Below the pieces are notes generated by a model. It ran no database searches. It was not told the DNA's origin and saw only the letters and a program-made list of their open reading frames with translations. From contig JASVEC010000002.1 in NCBI GenBank assembly GCA_030770535.1, positions 1,488,001 through 1,552,000 of the forward strand: a DNA stretch of 64,000 bases. Reading direction: 5' to 3'. The DNA comes from Batkoa obscura (Eukaryota). How positions within the stretch are numbered: the stretch's first letter is position 1; the number at the start of each line of letters is the position of its first letter. Shown here in pieces: positions 45,771 to 57,505 of the stretch. Position numbers and translations under genes: made by a program.

Positions 45771-47229
45771 ATTAGTTGGTTGTATAAAGATCTTTGTCAA
45801 AAAGATGATTGTTTATTAAGTAATATCTAATCAATAGATAGATGTTATTTTTATACTGAATTTAATGTTATTTGAAGATGTTTTTATACCATAATTTTAG
45901 TCCTTTATTAATCAACTAAAAATAGTTGACTTGCGGTTTAATAGTCAACTTTGAAATTCAGAGGTTTAATCTAAAGACAAATTTAAACATAATAAATTGT
46001 AATAATGAATTGAATTGTATTTCTGTTGATATTAATTAATTTCATCGATTGATTCTAGAATTGGAAGCCACTATCATTCATATTAATTATTGCTCATCAA
46101 AGTCAAACTTTTATTAATAACTTTATTAACGTTATATTATGTGAATGCATTAAATTTTAGTCAAAATCATTGTGCTGAAGTTATCAAATTAAGTAAATTG
46201 TATCGATTTTAAAAAGGTTTAATCATATCCCCGATTATTTGATGGTTGGAATCCTCTTTAAAAATAATTAGATATTTTTATCTTATTATATCATTTATAA
46301 AAACATGTTATTTTTTCTTATTATGTCATATATTTATTTATGTAAATTTATTCTTTATTCTAGACTGCATTAATTCATTTGTTTACTTAAATAACTATTT
46401 AATTACTCGATGGTTAAACCCTCTCTTTAAATTTTTATTATATTGTGTTTTCTAATTATAGCTCTGTTGTATAAAATACATTGCAGCAACCTCTATCTTC
46501 TGTACCCCGAATTCGGATCAACTATTTGCCTATTTGATTACCCATTATCTTCAATCTTTTTTCAAATTATCTTATTATTATTTCTATAGTCTATAATTAT
46601 TGATTTATCATATGAAGTACAATTCTATACCGCTCCTTTATAATCTAGATTTAATTAATCTATTGATTTACTTGACTGAATATCATTTTTGATCCTCTTT
46701 TCGATTCTACTGTTACTATTACCATTATTGTTTTAGTTTTATATCAATTCCTCACATGAAATACAATTTCATAACCATTTTTTTGATACATTAGATTCGA
46801 AAATATGGTTCATTATCTGGATTATCCGCTGACACTAATCCAGTATCCAAACTTTCACTTTCATTAATATCAGATCATTCGAAATACAGCCTCACTTTTT
46901 TTCTAAGGTATTAACAAAAGCCCAAATATCCAAAGAATTCAAAGCCTTTCATGTTGATGAAAATAAAACAATTAACTGAACAAAACAAGTAATAGACGGT
47001 TAATAATAAGTTAGTACAAACTGTCTATATTAATTAATCTTTTATTAAATACTATATCCTCCTCTGTTTTAGTTCTATACTCGCCTATCCTCCAACTATA
47101 TATAATATAAAACACACTATTTAATAGAGACTACATTAGTATATTTTTACTTTTATTCTTTCGATAGTCTTATCGAATCTTCTATCTAAAGATACTAAAG
47201 TCTCAAAATAAACAGCACGAAAGCACTAA

Positions 47230-47393
47230 TAGTCTAATTAAGAACCGATTTAAGTGATATTTTAGAAATTCCCTAGCTTTAGTTTATGTAAGATGCCCCT
47301 AAATAAAATAGTAGTTGATGTAAATGTTGGGCATTGTACCTTAAAGAATGGATTAAAAGTGTTATAAAAGCAAAAGGATTTCATGAACACTAG
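47230..47393 (+). pseudogene. Possible decayed Tc1/mariner transposase C-terminal remnant
   Basis: One frame ends WIKSVIKAKGFHEH*, like the Tc1 C-terminal xIxAVIxAKGxxTKY; upstream TDLSDILE recalls SPDLNPIE; frames are disrupted. Confidence 0.35.
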
Positions 47394-48107
47394 TGTAAAC
47401 CACAGAAGAGATAGGGGAACAGCTTATTACATATAGTACGATTAATATTTACCAAACTGCATTGGCACCTCCATTTTACTTTACAACCTTATACATAAAT
47501 AGTATATATATTATAGATTTTAACGCTTTTTGATCTTAATTTTTAAGTTTAAAGACAATATTAGCAGTTTAATTGGAAAATGACAAGTTTCCGCAGAATC
47601 TCAAGTCATTTTTTATTTATTTGTCAAAAAATGGACAAAAATGTGAAACAAAAGACACCTCAAAACAAACTTTCTAACTGATTAGATTGGCTAAGCTTTT
47701 CTGTATATTCCTATAGTTAAATTTTTTTTATAGATATGTGTCTAAGATAATGCTTGTCAATTGAATTTTTTCATCATACTTTTATAAGCATGCACTGTTT
47801 TGGTAAAATGCCAAAAAAGTTATTAGTCATTGTAGCTTATAGTAAAATAATTTCACAAAGAATAACAATAGTATTAGTTTTATTAAATAATTTAAATTTA
47901 AATTGAAAATTGTGATTTAGCTATAATAACCTATAAACCATTCTAGTTTAATCCAATCTATTTTAAATAATAAATCTTCAAATCCATTAATAATATTGAG
48001 AATGAAATAAAATTATTCCCTGGCTAATTTAGAATTGAAATGAAATCATAAAAAAGGTCCTTGCTATTATATAAGTAAAAATTTATTGAAGTATAATAAT
48101 AAACCCG

Positions 48108-48446
48108 TTACATTAACCCACCAACGATAGGGATATCTTCAAGACCTAAAGAAGACATAAGTCCACCCTTAGAACCCCCATCTGACCCTGAACCTCCATA
48201 CTCTTTACCATTCTTTTCATCAGCTTTTTGATTGTATTCATTGAGTACTTGAGCTGGATTTTTACCACCTATCATGGCCATCAGTTGTGGAATTAAAGCC
48301 GTAATACCTGGATTGTTACTACCACCGGGTAAATGTCCATGTTCTTGATGAGTTTCAATAAACGATTTACGACGTTCTAACTGGATGGTGGCTCCATTTG
48401 TTAAGGAAACAATAGTAGTGATAAAGATAAAGGAGGAAAATTTCAT
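48108..48446 (-). CDS. Secreted prepro-protein with IPIVG tail
   Basis: MKFSSFIF signal peptide, QLERR, HQEHGH, GGSGSDGG, tail LMSSLGLEDIPIVGGLM. Confidence 0.88.
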   Translation of the reverse strand: MKFSSFIFITTIVSLTNGATIQLERRKSFIETHQEHGHLPGGSNNPGITALIPQLMAMIGGKNPAQVLNEYNQKADEKNGKEYGGSGSDGGSKGGLMSSLGLEDIPIVGGLM

Positions 48447-49522
48447 TATTGATATAGATATAGATGTAAATGTAAATGTAGTTTTTTTTACCAGAAAAAA
48501 AATTGATTGTTTAAAGATATTGGGTCCTTTCAACGGCTTTTATACCTTTTTTAAGTTACTGGGGTTCCTTAAGAAATCTTTATTATTTGTAATAAGCAAT
48601 ATATCAGATTTCAATACGGCTGTATAGAAGGTGCTATTTTTAGCTTTTAGCCTTTATTTAATAAATATTTTTCCATTATTGTTTATAATCAATTGCTTTG
48701 AGACTTAAGCATAGTACTGATTATTTTAAAACCCCTATAATAATTATTTTAAAACCTTATAATAATCGTTGGTATTATTATTTAGTATTTTAATAGATTA
48801 AAAACTAAATAAGCCATAGTTTTACACTATAGTTATTGTATATTAGATCTACTGAGCTTATTTAAACTATAGTTATTAATTGCTAATAAGGCTTTTGTAT
48901 GTAAGTTATTCACTACGAATTTTAAAAAATTAAGATATAATAGATAGACCCGTATTTATAATAATAATACTACCATATTAAGTTTCATAAAATAAACTCG
49001 ATTTTTTTGAAATCTTAGATCCCTACGAGAAACTAAAACTTAAAAAAATACCATCTAATTTTTTTGACCCGCTATTTTCTTACACTTGATAATTTATCCA
49101 CTTGAAATTTTATTATTTATGCATCCATGTTGAGTAATAAATTTAAAAATAAATATAATTGTTTTATCTCTTTTCAGATTATATAACCTTTCATTTTAAC
49201 AATAATTTGTATGTCGGAACTCTATAGAGTATTAGAATCAAGGCTTAAAGTTAGTTGGGCAAATTATTTATCCGTAAAAATCTTTGCTAAACAATTCGGA
49301 GATGAGATGAAACGACTGTATTGAGCATTAAAAAAGCAATCAATCTTTTAAACTACAATAGATTATACTAGTCGTAATATAGTTGAATCTAACATATATA
49401 TAAGATAAAAAAATAAAATTCCATTTATTATTATACTTTAATTTTTAAATCCTGGTGATTTATACTTCCATATCTTATTCTATCGTTCTATTTTACTGCT
49501 TAATTATAAATATAATTTTAAT

Positions 49523-51040
49523 ATGATACAACTAATTGGTTATTTCCTTGTATTGAGTACAGTAATACTAATTACTAAGGTAAATAAAAATGTATAAATA
49601 AATGAATGAAATTAACAAAAGTTCAAATAGATAACATACACTCTTTATTTCTCCCCATTAAGACACATCCCAGGTCCATTTTTAGGTAAACTAAGTGGAT
49701 TGTATATCAAATACTATATAACAATTGGTAAATATCATGAACACTTAAAGCGTTTACATGATATTTATGGTCCTGTTGTTCATTTTGCACCAAACCGTAT
49801 CATCTTTAATGAAAAGAATGCAGCTGACACCATTTACTCTTCGTATAAGTTTAAAAAATCTGTCTTTTATCAAGCATTTGATTATGGAGCAGCTAATATT
49901 TTCAGTACTGATGAACGTACCGTACATACCGAACGTAAAAAGATTATTGGTAAAATTATTAGCAATAAAAATATTCAACAACTGGAACCAGTTATGAAAC
50001 ACACTGGCTTTTTGCCTTTCAAAAATTTCATAAAGCAAAAGATCGATAATAAGCAGAATTTTGTCGATTTTTATGAATTAATTCATAAGGTTTTATTTAA
50101 TATTAATGGTCAACTTTTACTGAGTGAAGATTTAGGTTTATTAAATGAAAATAACGAATTGCCAATATTGAAATGGTTAAAAGAAGCCCAGGTTTATGGC
50201 ATAATGCAATATGAATATCCAATAATAAGATATTTCAATCATAATAAACAAAGTACTGGATATAATAGTTACACTCAATTCATTAACTTTTGTAAAGACA
50301 AAGTAAAGCTGAGAATGAAACAATTGACTTTAAATAAGAAGCCAAGTGACTACAATGATATCTTACAAGCTTTTTTGAATTCAGAAGTCATTAGCACTGA
50401 TCCAAATCTCATCAATACTTTAACTGCTGAAATAATTACTGGCTTTATTGCTGGTACAGATACCACCGCAAATACTTTAACTTGGGCACTAAAATGTATT
50501 TTAGAAGAAGACCAAGTTTATGAGAAAATACAAAAGGAAATCGAATCCAATTTTAGTCACATGAATGATGAAGATATCAGTTATTCACAAATCAAACAAG
50601 CATGTCCTTATTTAGAAGCTGTATTGTATGAAGCTATGCGCCTCTACCCTGTTGGAGCAGGCTTTTTACCAAGGGTAGTGCCTAAAGAAGGAGCAGTCTT
50701 AGGCTCCTATTTTATACCGAAAGATATGGAGGTAGGGATTGGTAGCTATGCTTATAATCGAAATGAAAAATTATGGCATGATGCTAATAAGTTTATACCT
50801 GAACGATTTTTAGGTCAAGATGCTAAAGATAAAAAATTGAACTATTTACCCTTTTTAAATGGCCCACGTTCTTGTATCGGTAGAGAATTCGCTTGGATGG
50901 CTATGTACCTTACTTTGGTTTACATGTTTAAGAATTTTAATTTTAAGTTGAGGCCAAAGTATGAAGAATTAGAACCTTATTTCTTTTTAGTCTTAAAACC
51001 AAAGCAGGGCAAATTTGACATTGAAATTGAAAATAAATAG
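49523..51040 (+). CDS. Cytochrome P450; exons 49523-49579, 49631-51040
   Basis: Membrane-anchor exon, PLRHIPGP, AGTDTT, EAMRLYP, PERF, FLNGPRSCIG. Confidence 0.96.
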
Positions 51041-52172
51041 TTATTGTATGGTTGAAATTTATGATTTATTTTATTGACATTTTTAGAAAATATTTCAATA
51101 CTTGCTATTAAGTTTATTTACCAAACCTATCCCCTAAGGCATATAATCTTACTGGAAACTTGATTTAATGTTAAAAAAGTTTATATTACTAACGATAATT
51201 TTGATGTATAAGGTTTTGAGCTATTCCAATATGCAACAAAAGCCCTGATTTTTTAGAAAGACAGTTGCAAATATAATAAAACAGATATAAAGTCAATATA
51301 ACAATTTAGCCTTAATTATATAGCATATCTACAGTGCTTAAAAGGTTCGTTCTAAAAAGTTTACCCCTTCACTTTTTAGGACAAATTTTTTAAATATTGT
51401 ATACTTTAGTAAAGGCAAATGATAATGACGAAGGTTGCTACAGCTAAAATAAATGACGGCTATAACGAATTTTTTAATTTTATATATCTGCGATCTTTAT
51501 TATTATAAATTATGAGAATTTTGAAAAATATTAACTTTTTATATTAATCATTATCATTTGTCTACTAATTTTCAAGCATTTATTACAGGTAGATTTTATA
51601 GTTATGTTCATTGTTATTATTTTGAACTGATTTTTTTCTCAAATAAACATTACCGATATACATATTTGAAATTTTAGTTATGTAATGAATAAATGTTTTA
51701 ATTACGATAGGTATATTTTTATAGGAAAATACACTATCAACTTTAAAGTCGCCTGTGATGTTCTTGTTTATGTATTAAATGATTGCATGTAAATATAACA
51801 CCTTTATCTAGAAGTAGATATTTTGAAAGTTTTATTTTTCATTAATGTTCTTTGAGTTTTATTTTACTTAATTTTATAAAGAAATGGTTTATAATTGAGA
51901 ATCAGTTAATTTACTGGGTTATCAGTTTTGTTTATCTTTTTACTGTTTTTATGACAATTACACTGTTTCTCAAAAGTTCTGTTTCTCATACACATTTCAA
52001 TATTGTAAAATATTAGTAAGTAATTAATAAAATGTAAAAGGTTATAAAATTGTAAAGAAAGTAGATTTGAACGTTGTTTATTGTAAAAATATCGAAACTC
52101 CAAATTAGAATTCCAAATTATAAGGGTTATGAATATTAAGCATTATAAATAAAATTATCTAACCCTAATTAA

Positions 52173-52490
52173 TTATAATCCTAACCCTTGAATTCTAAAC
52201 CAAGAGCCAATATTTAATAGTGATAGCACATCACCAACAATGGGAATATTAAGGCCGCCACCGTCTCTTTTGACTAGAATCCTTTTTTCAATGCTCTCCT
52301 TTTCTAACTCTTGTTCATTATTTATGAACAAAGCGACAACAGCATCATTGTCAAAAGTGATTCCATCAACAGCTTCTTTGGGTACGTTATTAAAACCATC
52401 TTGTTTTAAATTACCTAATTCCACTAGAAAACAACTAACTATACTAAAAGTAATAGCCATTAAAAGTAGTCGATTTACATCAAATCTCAT
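52173..52490 (-). CDS. Secreted prepro-peptide: signal, acidic spacer, KR, 30-aa hydrophobic peptide
   Basis: ...EQELEKESIEKRILVKR|DGGGLNIPIVGDVLSLLNIGSWFRIQGLGL*. Confidence 0.85.
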   Translation of the reverse strand: MRFDVNRLLLMAITFSIVSCFLVELGNLKQDGFNNVPKEAVDGITFDNDAVVALFINNEQELEKESIEKRILVKRDGGGLNIPIVGDVLSLLNIGSWFRIQGLGL

Positions 52491-54017
52491 TTTTGAAGTT
52501 TAAATTATTATTCGTTTTGTTTATTGCCATTTACTTTTATGTTGGATTATTTATACTATTTACCAAAGTATCACGTTAATAAACTGTTATAAACACTAGT
52601 CTAATAGCTACTATACCTTTTATTAAACTATATTACTATTTTTGTTTTTCAAGTTTATTAATAAACTCAAGACTTTCATTATCATTTTGAGGTTTCAATT
52701 AATTATGTCCTTAAATTAATATTAAAGTATATTAATAAATTCTACTCGATATTACCTTTATCCAATAATTGTTTATTTAATAATATGATTTCACTCAGAA
52801 TTTGTCTTGTTTATATGCATTTATAATTATCCACGGATTTAAATTCAATGTTAAGAATAATGAAGCTCCCTAATACGAGTATGTAAAACAATCATATTTT
52901 ATTAAAAATTTAGATGCTCTAAATCTTCAATTTGATTCTACCTTCAGTTTATTAAAAGGATAGATATTAAAATTAATGACTATGATATTCAAATTTTTAC
53001 TTTAATTAATGCCTAAATAAATATGTATAATTAACTATTTTTACCTCATTCATATCTAGCACTTATTCTTCTTTTAACCCTCAATTATAAATTGTGTTAG
53101 GTTCTCCTCTCCCGGATAAACCTATTTTCGTTGCTATTTATCCTTTACATAGACTATAATGCCTTCCAATACTATAATAATAAGCTAAAATTTCCAAATA
53201 AAGCTTAATAGAATTCGGTTTTAATTTAAGTTTCAATTTAAGTTTTAATTTTCAATCTACCTTTCAAAGATATATTAATTAATCAAAGCTCGATTCTAGG
53301 CTTGATACTGCTAAATAAAGTAAAAATAGAAACCAAAATTCAGTAGCTTCAATTATATTGACTATTAATATATCTTCGATATTTATAGCTTTAAGTTTGT
53401 CATTAAATTTTAACTTCAAATGTTACAATCCAGAGTTTTAGAATTAAGCAATATTAATATCCTCTTGATTCATTATCTGTATATTTTACATTTGTATGAT
53501 CCAACTTTTAAATATATAATCGATAACATTTTCTGCTCAGTTTAGTAATAATTTGGTATTATACCCCCATATGGTATAGAACAAATTAAACTTTAATAAT
53601 TAGCCAGGATGATTCAATGGCTGTATCTTAGAACACTAAATTAGGTACAATTTATTTTATTATATTATAAACAATAATGCTTGAATTTAGTTATTATTCA
53701 TAATAATATATTTGTCAAAAACAAAACTTTTTATATAAATAAGAGTTGGTTGTATTTAGTGTGTTTTACTAAGACATCCCAGTACATTCAAACTTGATAA
53801 TGATATTAATAAAATTTATGTGAGAGGATGTGCTTATAGTCAACAAATAAATAGCTCTTAGTTATTAATTATTAAAGCCTTTTAGTTAAAATAAGAGCTT
53901 ATCAAGCCATGTTATATATATATCAACCTTATAATATGGAAATGTTCGAATTGGTTTCAGAATTTAGTTAAAAACTAGTCTAAATTTTAAGTTTTTAAAT
54001 CTATAAGTTCTCAATAT

Positions 54018-54116
54018 GCGGATGTATTTTTGGGTTTAAGATTTTACTAACAATTTTTCCGCTTTAAATAGTGCTTAAAAAATGGAAAAAATAATGAAGT
54101 CAAAAAAAACACTCGC
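54018..54116. mobile_element. ~98 bp MITE with GCG...CGC termini
   Basis: Family sequence; ATAT TSD; matched G-to-C change in both ends. Confidence 0.88.
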
Positions 54117-54748
54117 ATATATTATTAAATTTAAAAAGCTTAAAATAAATAAACTTACTTTAAAATATCCATTTTAATTCTTTTATTATTAAATGTTTAA
54201 TAGATACACAATATATTTATATATAGTTATTTGACTTCATTTTTTATTAAAATTAAAATAAAAAACAAGTTTTTGCAGTTAAACTTTAATGGAATTTTTA
54301 AAAATTTTAATATAAGCATATTATACGAACATTATAATTCATATACATTAATATTAACAACTATTTATAATAACGCAGAGCTTATAGAATTTTGCAACAA
54401 TGAAAAACTAAAGTTTATTATTATTATTGTTAATCAAATAATGTACAAAATTAATACTTTAAAGAGAACAGGAAATAAAAACTAACAAATAGCATTATTG
54501 TCAACTATAGTTTTAATATGTTTTTTTGATGAATATAATTTTTTTGGATTCAACGTGAATAAAAATTAATATAGCTATTCAAAAATAATTAACAATAACA
54601 AAAATATGAATGTTATAATTTATTATTAAAAATATAAAAAATATAAAAAATGATCAAATTAAAAACATTATACATTTATTTAATAGTTAAACTATTTTGT
54701 CAAGGTTCAATAAAAGAAACAGCAATAAGTATTTATCAGATAATATAT

Positions 54749-54847
54749 GGGGATGTTTTTTTTGGCTTTATTACCTTTTCCATCTTTTAAGCACTATTTG
54801 AGTGGAAAAATTATTAGTAAAATTCTTGAACATAAAAATACATTCCC
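54749..54847. mobile_element. ~98 bp MITE
   Basis: Family sequence; ATAT TSD. Confidence 0.9.
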
Positions 54848-54940
54848 ATATATTAAATAAAAGTAAAGAAATAATACATGGCAATATTTTAAAAATTTAA
54901 AAGATTGAGCAGTAGCTAAGTTAATATTTTTCAAGTATAT

Positions 54941-55038
54941 AGGGATGTATTTTTTTGTTTAGGAATTTACTAACAACCTTTCCACTCAAATAACGCTTAA
55001 AAAAATGGAAAAAGTAATGAAATCAAAAAAACATACCC
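54941..55038. mobile_element. ~98 bp MITE, inverted relative to 54749 copy
   Basis: Family sequence; ATAT/AAAT flanks. Confidence 0.85.
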
Positions 55039-55241
55039 AAATATTAACTAATTTCAAAATTTTTATTCATAATTGCAATAAAATTAATAACTTAATTGTT
55101 AATAATAAAAAACAAATATAATTTTTAAAAAGTACGAAAATACAAAAACACAAAAAAATAACAAAGATACGGGGTATTGAAAAACATTTATATTTTATTA
55201 AACATAACAATAAATTATATTACTATTTAATATTTAATAGG

Positions 55242-55704
55242 TGTGAAATATCGCTTTGTCAGTCTCATAGTTAATTATAGCATAATAATCGCCTAAGCTG
55301 TTGTGTCCTTAAGTTCAGAGAAAATCAACCCCATGTTCTTAGTTTGGTTTATTATGAGAATTTCTAGCTCCATCCCAAAAAATATTATCTTCTCATTTTG
55401 ATATTTATACTTTTCAGAGTATGAAAGAGTTTTTAGAGTATAGTAGTTTGAGGCTTTTTAACTGAATTATTCCCTGATATCTCGTAGATTTAATAAAGCT
55501 ACTAAGTTTACTTAATATCATTTTACGTAGATTTTACATTAGTACTGTCTATTCTATTTGTTTTACATAATCTTAGCATATCACTTGCTATTATTCATAA
55601 TACAAGTTCATCTTGGTCACATAAACTAAGACCTTTCGACTTATAGTATAGTCAACCCAGTAATAGCTGTTTTTGACTCCAAACACTGAGTACAAGATTT
55701 CACA
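55242..55704. mobile_element. 463 bp TGTGAAAT...ATTTCACA element
   Basis: Terminal inverted repeat; TAGG duplicated on both sides. Confidence 0.92.
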
Positions 55705-57118
55705 TAGGCTAAAAAAAGTGATATAATTTTAATTAAAATTATAAAGTCTATAAAAAATAAAAAATAAAAAATATTTAAAATATTTAAAATTAGATAAAAA
55801 AAATGAAACCGATTTGAGCATCCCATATATATAAATTATAGTTTATGAGCAATAATTTTAATGTAAAAAATCTGATTGTTGACAATTTTCATCAACTAAA
55901 TTGGATACGAGACTAATGGAAGTAACAAAGGCTAAAGAGCTATTTACATTGTTTTAAATTTCACAATCTAAGAGTCAACTTGATAGAATATTTTCATAGA
56001 AAAGCACGTGGATCAAATTGCCTTTGGTCCAATTAAACGTTATATTCGTTATTTTGTTATACATACGGTTTGATTATATGATCCTTTGTAATATTTAAAA
56101 AATAATGATATAGTATCAATTTATAAGTGATATAGATCCAATAACAATACCAATACAGTCGATTATGCAAACTATTGCCGTTTGTAACAAAAACTATGCG
56201 CTTTAAGTTCATTTCTGCTGCAATAATTTTCGAACTACAATGGGGTATTCAAAGAGATAATTTTGCAGTAAATTTATAATAGTAACGTTATCCTTATAAA
56301 ATTCAGGATGCAATATCACTTAATTTTTTCTTTTAAAAAAATTGAATGTTTTTATAAGCTTTATTCTTATTTTAAAACCAAAATAACTTAAGTTAATAGC
56401 AATATCCTCCGAAGTTCTAAAACATATAGAAAAATAAGCATTAAAATTAATACTTATTTAAAATAAAGCTAAAAGTAAAAAATAGGAAAATGATAGAATA
56501 CTGAATTTCTTTATTTAAAACTACAAGAAGGATTTTATTAGTTTGAGTTGTAATTTAAGTAATATCTGCATGATAAACCAAATAAAGCTCACAATAACAA
56601 AAAAATAAGGTGATTTATTTCACCTTTTTGGAATAATTAGCAAAATCAGCTGTGATGAATTTTAACTTTACTATTTAACTATTACAAATACTATTCACAA
56701 GTCAAAATTAATGTAGCTATTAAAGTTTATTTATGTAAAAATTAGTAATAATTTATAAAATTAACGATTTACATTATCTTGGTGACCTACAACTTGACAT
56801 GTAAAACTTTACTTCAAAATAAACAATTTATTCTTACATGATTAAACTTTAACAGCTATACTTAAACTTCTTTAAAATTAAGCCACTTTTTAGCTAGGCT
56901 GGGTACCCTATTAAAAATAAACAAAAATGAGATATTAATATCCTTAAGTACCACACAAATAAGGCAATCTCTTTATTTTTTGTTTTTAATAAGCGGTTTT
57001 ATGGCTATTAAACTTTAATTAAATAAATATAAACATAGCTTAGAGTATAAAAGAAGAAGAACTATCATTTTTTTTAAAATCATAAAAAATCTTAATTATT
57101 AACTCACTTAAAATCCCC

Positions 57119-57392
57119 ATGAAATTATATTATTTAATTAATCTACTTGTTGTTAATGCTTTTACCTTGCAGTCTAGAGCTAACGTAAGTCAACTGTTTT
57201 AATATAGTATTCCTTCAAATGTACTAATCCCTTTTTTCTTAGTCCAACGCTTTAATCAATCCTAATTTCTTACCTGAATCTACTCAACAGGTCAAAATTC
57301 CTATGTCTAAATCCAATGGTAATGGACGATTATTAGCTAGTTTACCCATCGCTGGTGGACTGTTAAAGAGTATGGGATTAACTTTTTTATAA
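57119..57392 (+). CDS. 71-aa secreted peptide precursor with LPIAG tail (not in ORF track); exons 57119-57184, 57243-57392
   Basis: TATAAA at ~57046; GTAAGT..TACTAAT..TTAG intron; MKLYYLINLLVVNAFTLQSRAN/SNALINPNFLPESTQQVKIPMSKSNGNGRLLASLPIAGGLLKSMGLTFL*. Confidence 0.8.
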
Positions 57393-57505
57393 GTTTAATA
57401 TTTGTTAAATAAACTACTTATTTTTTTAATATATATTAGATAAAAAATATTGTTTTTGTATTTATTTATATTTATTTAAGTAAAAGTCTAGACAAATTCA
57501 AATCA

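Noticed and set aside
48108..48150. Tail similarity to bacterial secretin motif (LGDIPxLG) suggesting horizontal transfer
   Set aside because: The match is only a few hydrophobic residues, with no other secretin sequence.
48447..48533. TTG/GTG-initiated N-terminal extensions in the ORF track (also 25704, 28521, 45800, 63017; and the 49700 start)
   Set aside because: Prokaryote-style start calls; downstream ATGs or upstream spliced exons give better eukaryotic models.
34784..51040. Canonical dikaritin (ustiloxin-type) RiPP cluster
   Set aside because: No DUF3328/UstY HxxHC protein is seen and the repeat cores lack aromatic residues; kept only as a loose hypothesis.
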